A DNA stretch of 64,000 nucleotides, from NCBI RefSeq assembly GCF_006345805.1, contig NC_043007.1:41106001-41170000 (forward strand). The letters are read 5' to 3'. A program made the translations under genes and the position numbers. A model generated the notes under the pieces. It made no database searches. It was not told where the DNA came from and was given only the letters and a program-made list of their open reading frames with translations. Positions within the stretch are counted from its first letter, which is position 1, and each line of letters starts with the position of its first letter. The DNA comes from Octopus sinensis. Its lineage: Eukaryota. Shown one piece after another: positions 13,750 to 27,300 of the stretch.

Positions 13750-15659
13750 GTAAGTACATGCTGTTGCAACAACCTTTTAGATTTCAAGTTCAAACCCCGC
13801 CAAAGTTGACGTTGCTACTATATCTTTTCTTAGTCGAAAGAATAGTGAATAAAATATTTGTCGAAAACTGGGACGTCGATTTATTTGACAGATGGATGTG
13901 ATGTTTAAAGTGTACAACTAAATACCTATTTCTTTACTACCCACAAGGGGCTAAACACAGAGAGGACAAACAAGGACAGACAAACGGATTAAGTCGATTA
14001 TATCGACCCCAGTGCGTAACTGCTACTTATTTAATCGACCCCGAAAGGATGAAAGGCAAAGTCGACCACGGCGGAATTTGAACTCAGAACGTAACGGCAG
14101 ACGAAATACTGCTAAGCGTGTACAACTAAATACCTTGAGATATTTACTTACAGCTCTTGAAGTTCGAAATTCAAATTTCACCGAGTCAACTGTGTTTTTT
14201 TCATCTTTCCTAGCATTGAGAGTCTGTTTAATATTAATGTAAAGCATCCTGGATGTGGGTGTAATTATAATAGAAGACAACGGAATGTGACTATACTCTT
14301 CCTCAAAAGTTTGAGGCTATGTGCCTTTGCTAGAATGTGTAATTGTTCTTTTTGTTGTTGCTGTTGTTTTTTCTGCTGTTGCTTGTTTGTTTGCTTGTTT
14401 GTTTGCTTGTTTGTTTGTTTGTTTGTTTGTTTGTTTGTTGAGCGAAGCGGTCTTCGTCCTAGAAGGCCGAAACGTGGTCTTTTGCTATTCGTAAGACCCG
14501 CAGAAGAGAAAGCAGGTCAACCCCTGACACCGAGAGCATCGACGGATGGATGAATGCGCATCCAGGCTCAGCGGTTGCGTAGGAAGTCGGGGACTGGAAA
14601 CAGGAAGAAAGAGTGAGAGAAAGTTGGGGCGAAAGAGTATAACAGGGATCGCCACCACCCCCTGCCGGAGCCTCGTGGAGCTTTAGGTGTTTTCGCTCAT
14701 TAAAGAAACACAACGCCTGGTCTTGGAATCGAAACCGCGATCCTCCGACCGCGAGTCCGCTGCCCTAACTATTGGGCCATTGCGCCTCCACTGCTGCTGC
14801 TGCTGCACTACCGTTGTGGAATTAAATTCCAAAAAGAAACAAATTCTTATGATAAGAATCTGTTTTCTCATCTTGCTTGAAACTGAATTTTCTTCTTAGT
14901 TTAATGGTTAACCCCCTTAAAGTTTACATGTGGATCGCCTTGATCCTTTCTCGTAGAATTTTCTTCAATCTAGAGTAGGACTTTGCTTTATGCCAGGCTT
15001 GATTCTGTTTAACTCTTTTGCTTTAATCTGGAATAGACTGGATTTTATGCCAGGTTTAATGTCTTACCCACTTTAATGACTACATTTGAACTCCCTTGAC
15101 ACTGTTTATTATAGATGTAGTCAAACGCGTATGAAGGGGAAGATTACATTTGGCCATAACAGTAATTTAAATTCGCACCAACAAAACCTTGATTTCCCAG
15201 TTAATTTAGTACCATCAGATGGTAGATGATTTTCATTAACTGGCACGTGTCATACCAGCATTATCAGAAGCTTCACTATGTCTAATCAAGTCTTTACTAC
15301 TCTGTTTCCAATAATTGGTTTCTTGTAGTCAAACTTACTATTTTTAGACTTGAACTTAAAAGGATATTACGGAGATGTACTTGCATAGAGAGTGACTTGA
15401 TCTGAGATCGTTTGCTTGAACGAAAACAATTGCAGCATGGAAGGTGTTTATAAGCCATTTAAGAAACACAAAAAAAAACCGTTAGATTCACTTCAACATT
15501 TAAATTTAATTTGTCAAAATATTTTCGTCGCTTTAAGACCGCGAACATGCAGTACTTATTTTTTGTAATGCCCGGTATTATCCGTCTCTTTTGCCGACCC
15601 GCTAAGTTACGGGGACGTAAACACACTAATACCGGTTTTCAAGCGGTGGTGAGTGACAA

Positions 15660-15702
<43 letters not shown>

Positions 15703-16086
15703 CATACGCATATACATGTATATATTTATACACTAAGGGATTTTATCATTTTCCGTCTATCAAATCCACTCACAAGACTTTGGTCACCCCAACGCTATAG
15801 TAGAAGACACTTGCCCAAGGTGCCACGCAGTGAAACTGAACCCGAAACCATGTAGTTGTCAAGCAAACTTCTTATTGCAAAGTCACCCCTGTCTTTAGTT
15901 TCCCCCTTCAAATGATACAAATGACGTAAATTTGTCACTTTGAAATTATGTGTATATATGTACTTGCATTGCCAACCAAATTTATAGGCGAGCTAGAACA
16001 CACATACACTCTGGATATATAAATTAACAATAAATTCTTTAATGATGGACACAAGTGTGCGAGTACTTAAACTTACATATCATATA

Positions 16087-16309
16087 CAGTAATCTCTCAC
16101 CATATCACGGTTCACCTATCGCGGTTTATTATTTAAGCTTACGTCAATCCCGCCGTGATGTCGTTTTGCAGTTATAATAAAATAAAAATATAGAAATTAT
16201 AAAAATAGTTTTAAAAAATATACAGTACAATACTGTTACTACTTCGTGGATTTTCACCTATCGCAGGGTTTTGGGGATGTAGCACCCGCGATAGTCGAGG
16301 GATTTACTG
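16087..16309. mobile_element. pogo/Tigger-type MITE
   Basis: TA-flanked imperfect TIRs CAGTAATCTCTC...ATCGCGG / CCGCGATAGTCGAGGGATTTACTG. Confidence 0.65.
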
Positions 16310-16477
16310 TACATGTATTTGTATATTTGTGAACAAAATTATGTACGTGATCTTTTACTGTCATTAACTTCATAAACATGTATCGCCGGTAACTTGAGAC
16401 TTCCTATGCTATGTTAAATTTATGAGCCGAATAAATTCGTTTCCTATAGATACCTTAGCTGTACTCAAAAATCACTT

Positions 16478-16535
<58 letters not shown>

Positions 16536-16616
16536 TTTTTCTCTATCTATCTATCTCTATCACTGATAAAATAAAAATAGTAAATTAACGGCTAAATGAA
16601 GAGAATTTTAATGAAT

Positions 16617-17000
16617 ACTAGCAGTATCGCCCGGCGTTGCTCAGGTTTGTAAGGGAAATAACTATAAAGCATTTTTAGAGAGTTATAGCCAAAAAATAAC
16701 AAAAAAATGGAAAAAAATGATGGTAAATTTTTTTTTAGTTAAAAAAGGTGGAGTTGCGTCCCCTAGACAGTTTGCGGTTTGTGTTTCTGATTCTCGACCC
16801 CATGTCGAATTTATCGATTTTTTTCAGAACTGGGGGAACTTTTCAAAATTTTCGCTGCGTTAGTTTTGAATTATGACATTGGGCTATGTGTGTGTCAAGT
16901 TTCATCAGAATCGGTTGAAAGCCGTGGTCAGGGTGAGGGTACAAGCAAACAGACACACAGAAACACGCACAGACAAACTGCCGTTTATATAGAGAGAGAT
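16617..17000 (+). mobile_element. Helentron/HINE-like non-autonomous element
   Basis: Starts ACTAGCAGTATCGCCCGGCGTTGCT and ends ...cagacaaactgccgtttatatagagagagat; same family as 61367-61763. Confidence 0.6.
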
Positions 17001-17626
17001 ACACGCAGTTCTCTGTCTGTATATGACCTACTAGCTGGCGATAGTAACCTACTATTGAATAAATAACTTTCTTTTCAATGATCAGGCGTTATATGGGGAT
17101 TATGTAACCATCATTGTAATAATTACTGCAGAGCATACTAGTATACACAAGTGAAACACGTGTAAAGGTTATGTAATTTACGATGATATTATAAAATAAA
17201 TATAACTGAATCTATGGTTTTATTCTGATCTCGGACTGACATACATACATACATACATACATGATGGCTGCCCCCTCATTATTGAGTATGGCGATTGCAC
17301 GAAGCTTAACTGTTATTGGTGCTGTGATTGAATGTGACTTTTATTTGCTTTTTAAGGCTACAGCCAGCCATTCAGTTGAGACTCACAGTACCATAAAGTC
17401 ATGAACAATCTTTTCGGATTATGGCTGCAGTTGCTTAGTGAGTGGGATTGACTCAGTGCACAGCTTTTCCTCACTTGAAACATACATACATACATACATA
17501 CATACATACATACATACATACACACACATACATACATATATACATACATACATACTCACACACGCATACATACATACACACATACATACATACACACACA
17601 CATACATACATACACACATACACACA

Positions 17627-17660
<34 letters not shown>

Positions 17661-17749
17661 CATACATACATACATACATACACACATACATACATACATA
17701 CATTTATGTGCGTATGTGTATACTTATTTTCAAATATATTCATTTCCAG

Positions 17750-18118
17750 GTTCCTGGAAGAGTCCATTCGTTGGCTGTTTGTGCATGGAAAAATGGAGCA
17801 GGCCAAGAAAGTTCTGAAGAGAGCAACTCACCAAAACAAGATTAACTTCGAGCATATTTGGAAGAATTACGTAATGGATTGCTGTAATGATAAAAACATA
17901 GATAAAAATAATGAATGCACGGAGTCAAATAGCACTAGCAACAGAGACGTCCACATTGAGGATACCGTACAACATTCAAACAGCGATGTTGACAATAAGC
18001 AACAACAGCAGCCCAGTGCCACAACCCCAGAAAAGAAATCAGGAGTCTGGATTCAACTAAGTGACATTTTCAAGATACCATATTTAAGAAAAATTTCAAT
18101 TGTAATCATAATCGTATG
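17750..18118 (+). CDS. SLC22-like transporter exon D (central cytoplasmic loop)
   Basis: tttccag acceptor, gtaata donor at 18119. FLEESIRWL matches the family PESPRWL motif, followed by ...LSDIFKIPYLRK. Phase 2 to 2. Confidence 0.92.
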
Positions 18119-18142
18119 GTAATATTATTTTTCTTATTATTA

Positions 18143-19790
18143 AAGCGGTGATCTGGCAGAATCGTCAGCATGCCGGGCGAAATGCTTAGCGGTATTTCGT
18201 CCGTCTTTACGTTCTGAGTTCAAATTCCGCCGAGATCGGCTTCATCCTTTCATCCTTTCGGGGTTGATAAAATAAGTACCATTTGAACACTGAGCTCGTA
18301 ATCGACTACCCACTAACACGAAATTGTTGGCCTTATGCCTAGATTTGAAACCAATATATAGGTTTCATTGTCGATGGCAGAGTCAGCAAATATCTGCAGT
18401 ATTTAATCTACATCTTGATGCTCTGCTTTCACATTTCGCCGAGGTTGAATTTTCCTTTCATCTTTCTGAGAGCGGTAAAATAAAATACCTATTTCTTTAC
18501 TACTCACAAGGGGCTAAACACAGAGAGGACAAACAAGGACAGACACACGGATTAAGTCGATTATATCGACCCCAGTGCGTAACTGGTATTTATTTAATCG
18601 ACCCCGAAAGGATGAAAGGCAAAGTCAATCTCGGCGGAATTTGAACTCAGAACAAAAAGACAGACGAAATACGGCTACGCATTTCGCCCGGCGTGCTAAC
18701 GTTTCTGCCCTAACTCCCATAAGACTTACTGGTATTGTGCCTAAATTGGGAATCCTTATTTTCAAGGCGGTGAGCTGGTAGAATTGTTAGCACGCCGGGT
18801 AAACTAAAATTACTGAACTTGTGCCAAAGTATGGAACCATAATATAAAAACTTAAACACTGAAGCAGTGTTATATTATCTCAGACAATTTTGAACGATTC
18901 TGTTAAAACACCGACATTGAAACCTATACATATTGTTAACTAATTAACCTAAGTTTCAAATTTTGATACAAGGCCACCCCAATGCTCATCTGGTTCTTAT
19001 TTTGTCGACCCCCGAAAGGGATGAAGGACAAAGTCAATCTCGGCGGATTTTGAACCCACGACGTACAAACGGACGAAATGCCGCCAGTCATTTTGTCCGG
19101 CGTGCTAATGATTCTGCCAGTTCACCACGTTGATATCTTTTATAATAGTGATTTCTAATTTTGGCACAAGGCTGGGAATTTACGGGGATGGTCTAAGTCG
19201 ATTGCATCGATCCCAGCGCTCAACTGGTACTTATCTTATCGACTCCCTAAAAGGATGAAAAGTAAAGTTGATCTGGGCAGATTTTGAACCCTGAACGTAC
19301 AGACGGACGAAATGCTGTTAAGCATTTTGTCCGGCATGCTAACGATTCTCCCAGCTCACCGCCTTAATATCTTAGATAATATTAAAATTCGAATTCTTTT
19401 TGTCTCTATATGTGCTCCTTTATTTTAGACTTACCAATGCATAATACTATAAAATCTTTCGACCATTGTACTCTTAAGAATAAGCCTTTAGGCATGACAA
19501 AACTTCAAAAGAATCTGACCACTGACGTCTCAAAACCGAAGAAATTTGGTCATTATTATACCAAAAAATGCAAGGCGTTGAGCTGGCAGAATCGTTAGCA
19601 CGCTGGGCGAAATACTTAGCAGTATTTCGACTGCCGCTACGTTCTGGGTTCAAATTCCGCCAAGGTCGACTTTGCTTTTATTCTCTCAGGATCGATAAAT
19701 AAAGTACCAGTGAAATACTACGATCGATGTAATTGACTTATCCCCTCTCCCAAAATAGCAGCTTCTGTGGCAGAATTTGAAACCAGAATT
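18143..19790. mobile_element. Cluster of ~6 tRNA-derived SINEs (Nin-core-like) in mixed orientation
   Basis: Repeated GGCGGTGAGCTGGCAGAATCGTTAGC...GAGTTCAAATTCCGCCGAGGTCGACTTTGCCTTTCATCCTTTCGGGGTCGAT. Further copies at ~4930-5108(-), 13923-14120(-), 30320-30520(+), 32108-32307(+) and 57637-57790(-). Confidence 0.85.
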
Positions 19791-19951
19791 ATATCAAAAT
19801 GTCAGAAAAAGCTGTCATCAATATATGATTGACAAACAAAAAAAAACGAATGCGTTAGACGTAAACATAAACACACATACACATATACATATATGTATAT
19901 GTATATATGTCTATGTGCATACATATATGTATATATACATGCGTATGTGTA

Positions 19952-20005
<54 letters not shown>

Positions 20006-20276
20006 GTGTGTGCATGTGTCTGCGCGCACGCATGTCGATATACATGTATACATGTACGTATATGAGTATGTCTTGTGTGTTTTGTGTATGTATCAACTTA
20101 CTTAGGATATCTATATATTTGTATATGGAAATGTAGGTGTACATATGTTTATGTACATGAGTGTGTGTTCATATACATTTATGCATGCGTACGTGAGAGG
20201 AGTATACTGCTGTACGTAGATAATATGGATGGTTGATGTGTAACCTATTCTAGTTTTACCTTAACTGGTTGTATGC

Positions 20277-20371
20277 TTAAAATTTACCTGATGATGGTGG
20301 GATTTTATCATGATTTAATCTAAGAATGCATCACAATAAATTGCTGCCGAAACAGCTGTTGTGAATTTTAA
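20277..20371 (+). ncRNA. Type-I hammerhead ribozyme motif with long stem II
   Basis: 11-bp stem I TTAAAATTTAC/GTGAATTTTAA; CTGATGA at 20288-20294; GGTGG/CTGCC stem II; GAAAC-AGCT-GTT. Confidence 0.65.
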
Positions 20372-20476
20372 AACCCACTTGTGTTCTTTTATACATACGC
20401 TATTCTTGGAAGCATCTTTGGGTTGAATTTGCTGTTCATATTGGATTAGGTACCTATGTATATATGTATCTGTATG

Positions 20477-20546
<70 letters not shown>

Positions 20547-20749
20547 ATATCAATAATAATAAAGAGTAAAATTAATTAATCGGTAAACTTATACAAGAAT
20601 TCTATAACTATGAGTATAATTATAATTAAGGTTCAGCAAAAATTTGGTTGTGAAATAGTAGTTTAACTGCTATTTCTAGATTTCGGTTTGTGGTGAAGCA
20701 AATTTTTGCTGAACCCTAATTATAATTATACTCATAATTATAGAATTCT

Positions 20750-20789
<40 letters not shown>

Positions 20790-21073
20790 TATATATATAT
20801 ATATATATTATACTTTACTAGACTATACTATATTATATATATTATACTATACTATACTATATTATATTATATATATTATATATTTTATATAACTTTATAT
20901 ATTATCCGGAAGTATATTTGCCACTTAAATGTGGCTAACCCTTAGGGGTTGATGCTACTGTAGCTTGTAGCCCTAGGAAGACATCTCCTCCAGCTGGCTA
21001 TTGACACACTTCCTGTACCCTATCAGTATTTGCAAAGAAAAGTCATCCTTCCTATCTCCAGCCTGACGTGATA

Positions 21074-21118
21074 CACACGGACCCGGGTTTCTGAATATTG
21101 ACCCGTCATCAGCGTGTG
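21074..21118 (-). ncRNA. Type-I hammerhead ribozyme motif (weak stem II)
   Basis: Minus strand CACACG CTGATGA cgggtcaatattca GAAACCCGGGTC CGTGTG: perfect 6-bp stem I, 8-nt palindrome ACCCGGGT, GUC triplet. Confidence 0.55.
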
Positions 21119-21689
21119 ACAACTATCGGTTGGCGATATGAAGTTGTTCCCAATGCAAATATATATATATACTTTTTCCAGTGACATTATATATATATAT
21201 ATATTGTGTGAGATATAAGTTAGAGGTTGTGCAACTATATAAGGGATAAATGTAACCGTAGGCACTCCTGGTGTATTACCTCAGTATGTATGGTCCTCGT
21301 TATAAGGTATACGGTAGTAGGTAATTTAAAGGTAAAACTGTGGTTTAATATATAGAGAGACGATAAGACATGGAGCAATAATTAACAATGAGAAGTGGAT
21401 CACTGGTGTTTCTATTTATAAAAATGGGGTAAATTTGCATTTGCCTCGTTACAATTGATAAACATCTTCAGAACGATTATATGGTAAAGATAAAATAGAA
21501 GGGAAAAATAGAAGGAAAGAAAAAGAAAAGTGTTCATTAAAGCAATAGTTTTACATTTTAGTGACTTACATAATTCCACGTGTCAGTAGGAGGATAAAAG
21601 AGAAGAGAGTTCGTTAAATCTGTAGTCTTAGATTTAGTGTCTTTCATATTTCCACTTGTCCGTAGGTTCCTACATTCGGTGCTAAGCTT

Positions 21690-22005
21690 AATAATCTACG
21701 TGGCTGCAGAGATAAAAACAATTGTGAATTCTCGAATATATGTAAAACTAAAAACGTAATCTACCAGTGCAATGTACTCGCAAATAATTACAAGAAATCT
21801 TATATTGGAACAGCAAAAAATGAAATGATACTTAGATATAACTCCCATCGCTCTAGTTTCAGAAAAAGAAGTAAAGCCAACTCTACCGGAATTAGTAGTT
21901 ACATTTGGGAATTGAAAGACATAATATTAACTATAGTTTAGGATGGCGTATCCTAGCCAAAACTTCCTCATATAACATTAACAATAATCGTTGTAATCTT
22001 TTACA
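21690..22005 (+). mobile_element. Penelope-like GIY-YIG endonuclease fragment
   Basis: CRDKNNCEFSNICKTKNVIYQC...SYIGTAK...RYNSHRSSF...SSYIWELK, frameshift, YSLGWRILAK...RCNL. Confidence 0.75.
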
Positions 22006-22765
22006 TTTGAGGCTACAGGCAAAACTCATTGCTAAAAACATAAAACTTAATGAGTCAGAATTTAAAGGATCACGTGGTTGGGCCAGTAACTTTATGTCAA
22101 GGCATAAAGTCGTTCACTAAAAGTGGAAGGGTTCGCGCTCCCGACCTGACTTTGATATGCAAATGGATCGTGTATGCATGGAATGAACTTGATCCCCAGA
22201 TTATTGTGAAAGGCTTTATGAAATATTGTATATCGTCTGCACTGGATGGTACTCAAGATGACGTTGTATGGAAAGATGAAATAGATGAAAGGGAATCTTC
22301 TGATGTTGACTATGAATCTGGCGGTGACGGAGATTTACACTACAATGATGCTGACATGTTTACGGAGGAACAACTCGAACAGTTATTTGATGCTGAAAGT
22401 GATGTTGAATTTGAAGGATTTCAATAAATGTTTTTGCTTTTGCTTTTGTAATTGATAGTGATGAGTATGTAAAGGCAATTTACTTAATATTTACTTTTCA
22501 CTGATGTTATTACTGTTATTTCTTTATTTTCTGCAAACAAAATGCACAAAAAGGCTACACGTTTGCATTATGTTATATAAACAATAATAATAAAGGACGC
22601 TACCGTATACATTTTTACAAACCAAGGACGTTATATAGACCTCCTTGACTCAAGTTTGAGAAGGGATGCGTATTATACACAAGGTTCAGGGTTTTCAGAG
22701 GTACAGCCCCCTAAAAATCCCCTGCGTATTATACTCAAGAGCGGACTATACTCGAGGATTTACGG
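22005..22765 (+). mobile_element. pogo/Tigger-family DNA transposon fragment (internally deleted)
   Basis: FKGSRGWASNFMSRH (CENPB-type HTH), WIVYAWNEL...KGFMKYCIS, acidic tail, terminal ...ctcgaggatttacggTA. Confidence 0.75.
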
Positions 22766-22867
22766 TACATTGTGTTCTTCGTTGTTCGAAAGAATAGATC
22801 ATGTTCCATGTACTCGTGCTTCGTACTTTTTTGTTGTACACGTTTCATGAAGTCCTGTGCCCACATA

Positions 22868-22985
<118 letters not shown>

Positions 22986-23100
22986 GTATGTATATATATA
23001 TATTGAAAACAGTGACTCTTTCATTGAAGTATCATTTCTATCTCTTCTGTTCACAAATTCATTTGCTTTATCTGCCATGCGTTTCTATACCGGTTTACAG

Positions 23101-23235
23101 GATTGTAGATGCTGCATCATACAATGGTCTTTACTTATTATCCGAAGCGTTGGGCGGGAGTATCTACTTCAACTTCACAATTATGGCCCTTGCTGAAGCA
23201 TCCGCTGCATTGCTATATGCCGGCGCACTAACAAG
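23101..23235 (+). CDS. SLC22-like transporter exon E (TM7-TM8)
   Basis: tttacag acceptor, gtaaaa donor at 23236. [32 protein letters not shown]. Phase 2 to 2. Confidence 0.9.
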
Positions 23236-23324
23236 GTAAAACATAATAAACTTTAATTCAAGTGAACTTACACTATGCTTTATTAATTGACTGATTGATT
23301 GATAGATTAGCTGACAGATGATTA

Positions 23325-23360
<36 letters not shown>

Positions 23361-23959
23361 ATGTTGCTTTTTACGGTGGAGGATCAAGTATCACTGATGG
23401 TTTGAGAGCATTGGTGTAAGAGATTTCACAGACCTACTCTACCTCTTTTTTGTCATTCACCGTGATCCTATTTGTCTTTCATCTCTTTTCCTCTCTGCCT
23501 CTCTTTTCCTCTCTTCTATAGACCACAACAGGTTCTTCAGTCTAAATTTCTTAAAGCTTTTTCCCATCTTCCAGTGAACGCAATACTCAAGCTGATCTTT
23601 CACATTCCTCTTCATAATCTTCCATTTCGCTAGTATTCCCCTTGTTTCCTCCGGGATTCTACAGTTTGACTTCTCCGGACTTAGTTATTGCTTTTTGATT
23701 GCAGTTTTTCATTTTCTGGATCAGTGAAAGATAATCTACATAGATTTCTACAAGCTGTTTTCAGGTTCCCTTTCTGATAGCAACCTGTAACTGCGTCACA
23801 TTGAAATCATTGACGCATTTGGTTCTTAATCGAGATGTGCAATGCCTTTCACTCTCTAATCCCGTCAATGATGTTGAGACGGCGCAAAGACTTAGGCATC
23901 CTACAATTTACATCGTTTATGGACAAGAGAGTAGTCGATTTCATTTCGATGGTAAGCGT

Positions 23960-24019
<60 letters not shown>

Positions 24020-24020
<1 letters not shown>

Positions 24021-24170
24021 ATATTTACATTATTTACATTGACGGATATTTGTCCTCATCTTATTTGCTGTTAACACAACGTTTCGGATGATATACCCTC
24101 CAGCTTCATCAGGTCTCTTGAGAAAATTTCGAAACTGGTTTCTCATTTCTAAGGTATTTTTCGATCTTGT
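24020..24170 (-). mobile_element. Distal body of the inverted Penelope pLTR, separated from its head by the Dong insertion
   Basis: Same sequence family as 28185-28290 and 28640-28770. Contains a decayed CTGATGA...GAAACGTT motif at 24073-24116. Confidence 0.7.
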
Positions 24171-24202
24171 TATTATTATTCTTATCATTATTATTATTAT
24201 TA

Positions 24203-24301
<99 letters not shown>

Positions 24302-24324
24302 GCATTATTATTATCATTATTATT

Positions 24325-27300
24325 CAGTAATTTTATTTTTATAGCGTGCTTTCACTTCACTACCGAGCGCAGCTCTGTGTGCCTTGGGTATGTGCTGTGA
24401 TTTGTTGTGATGCTCTGATGGTTATAGTATGGAAAGTGTTCTGCGTAGGATGTGTGCAGTGCCTAGTAGTAGGCAATTTTCTGTATGTTATATGTGTTTG
24501 TAAGTCCTGGTGTTTTTGTTATGTATTTGTCTGAATTTTTTTTATCATGCCTAATGCACCTACTATGATAGAATTGTTTCTGTTTTCATGTTCCACACAT
24601 TCTAGTTACCTCTATTTCCAGGTCTTTGTATTTTGAGAGTTTCTCCATTTCATTTAGAGACACGTTGTCATCTGCCGTATTGATACATCAATTAGAAAGC
24701 ATTTTTTTTCTTCATGATCTCTGACAACTATATCTGGTCTGTTGGCCTTAATTTCTCTATCTGTGTGTATCGGCATATCCCAGAGTATGGTTGCTTTCTC
24801 GTTTTCTGTTCTGTGACCTTTTCTGGTGTGTGCCTATACCATTTTTTCTCTGTTGTTATTCCATAATGTTGGCATAGCTTCCAATGTATGTAGGTTCCAA
24901 CTCTGTCATGTCTGTGAATATATTCCTTCTTAGCCAGGACTGGCAGCTAGAGATAATGATTTATTTTTTCTTCTGTCCATCTCCACATATTCTGTAGTTA
25001 CTTGTATATTTCTTTTCATTACATGTTTTTGGTAATTTCTGGTTGGGAGGCTTTGGTCTTGTGCTGCAATTAAAAATCCCTCTGTTTCTCTGCTTTGAGT
25101 CCTGAGCTTCTCAACCATTGCTGGGATTTTTCTTTGTCTATTTCTTTTGCGTTTAGTTTAGTGCAGTATTTACCATGAAGGGGCTTTTCTTGCCATCGTT
25201 TTATCATGGCTCGTTGCTGTTCTATTTTTAGTTTGGATTTCTTTGTTTTATAGCTTTTGTTGTTTCTTCATCATCTTCTTCTTCTGTGTTTATTAGGTGG
25301 TATGATTTCTTGTTTGTATTTGTCAGCTTCCTTAAATACTGAGAACAGTTTTTTTTGTTTTGCTCGTGTTTTGCTGCTATCTGGATCAGTTTTCCTTCCT
25401 TCTGAAGTAGTATTTTTGCAGTCCTATGGTGGTTATTTATAGTAGTTTTCCAGCTGTATAGGCCTCTACCACCTTCTATACGTTGTATATATGTCTTTCT
25501 ATGTCAGATTTTGGGTGATGCATCCTAGATCCTGTCAGTATTTTTCTTGTTTTTCCTATCTATTTTGGACAGTTCATTTCGTGTCCAGTTAAGGATATTG
25601 TAGCTGTAACTTATAACTGGGACAGCTAAAGGTGTTGATACCTATTATCTTGTTTTTAGCATTGAGCTCTGTTTTTAGTATTGATCTAACTCGTCTATAA
25701 TATTCTTTTTTTTATTTTCTCTTTCATTTGTGTGTGTTGTGTCTTATCTAGTTCATGGATTCCTAAGTATTTGTAAGTTTGGCTTTGGTCTAATTCTTTT
25801 ATTTCATTGGTTTTTTCTAGTGTGATGTTGTTACTCTTAACTAGTTTTCCTCTTTTCATGGTTACTTTGGCGCATTTTTCTAATCCAAATTCATATCTAT
25901 TTCTTTGGTAAATCCATGAACTGTCTTTAATAGTGTTTCCAGCTGTTTGTCATTTGCAGCGTATAGTTTTAGGTCATCCATATATAAAAGGTGGCTGATC
26001 GTTTTGCCGTAACATTTATATCCGCATCCAGTTCTATTTAGCATATCAGACAGAGGTGACAGTGCCAAGCAGAAAAGGAGTGGAGAGAGCGTGTCTCCCT
26101 GGAATATTCCTCTTCTAATGGGGATGTCTTTGGGTTTCATGAGTCCCTCTTTTGTTGGGGTGTAGGACTGTTTGCCATTTATTCATAGAGTGCTCTATGA
26201 ATTTTATGATTGTTGGTGCTACTTGTTAATGGCTAGTGTTTCGAGGATCCATGTGTGGGGGATGCTATCAAACGCCTTTTTGTAGTCAATCCAGGCCATA
26301 CTGAGGCCTTTCTTCTTTCTGTGGCTGTCTTCAGATACGGCTTTATTAATCATTAGTTGATCTTTACAGCCATATGAGCCCTTGCGGCATCCTTTCTGCT
26401 CTTCTGGGAACAGTTTGTTTTCGTCCAGGTGCTGTTCAGCCTTTGCGATATCACTGCAGTAAATGCCTTGAACATAGTAGGGAGGCAGGTTATTGGTCTG
26501 TAGTTTTCTGTCTTCTGTTTTGTTGTTTCATTTGATTTGGGATTAAGATGGTTTTCCCCTTCGTGAGCCATTCAGGCATTGTCTCTGGCTCTGCTAGTAT
26601 GCTGTTAAAGTTTTCAGCCAGCTTTTTGTGCATTCCTGTTAGATATTTCAACCAGAAGTTGGGGATCTTGTCATGCCCAGGTGCCTTCCAGTTGCTTAGT
26701 TTTTGCAGTGCCTGGGTGACCTCTTCAGTTGTTATGGGGGTCCAAAGTTGTTCAGATGCCGAGTTTGTTATTTTCATACTCCTTTTTTTTTTGGCTGTTC
26801 GTTCGCCGACCATATTTCTTTCCAGAATTCTTCCAATTCTTCTCTGCCGTTGGTGCTGCAGTGACTTCTATTTTATTTTTGCCAGTTCTTGGTAGAACTT
26901 TTTGGGGTCGGAGTTGAACTTTTTGTTCTGTTCAAAGAAGCGTTGGCGTTTTCTCGTACCGGCGGATCCTTTGAGCTTTGGCAAGGATATCTTGCTTCAG
27001 CTTTTCTTTTATCTCCGCAAATCTTTTTCTGTGATGTTATATTTGCGGAGCATTTTTGTTCTCTTTTTGTTGCTTAGTAGCGTTGCTTGTTTGCTGATTT
27101 CATTAAGAATCGACAGGTCTTTTCTAATTTTTTTTATTTTGTTTTGGATGTTATTTATCCACAGGGTTTTTTTGGGTGGTGGTACTCCTGTTTGGGCGGG
27201 TTTGGGTGAGTATCCAGCTTCTTTTGTGGCTGCAGTGGCTGCTGCGTATATCAAGTCATTTAGTTCAGTGATATCACTTTTTTTTGTTCAGTGGCTAGTT

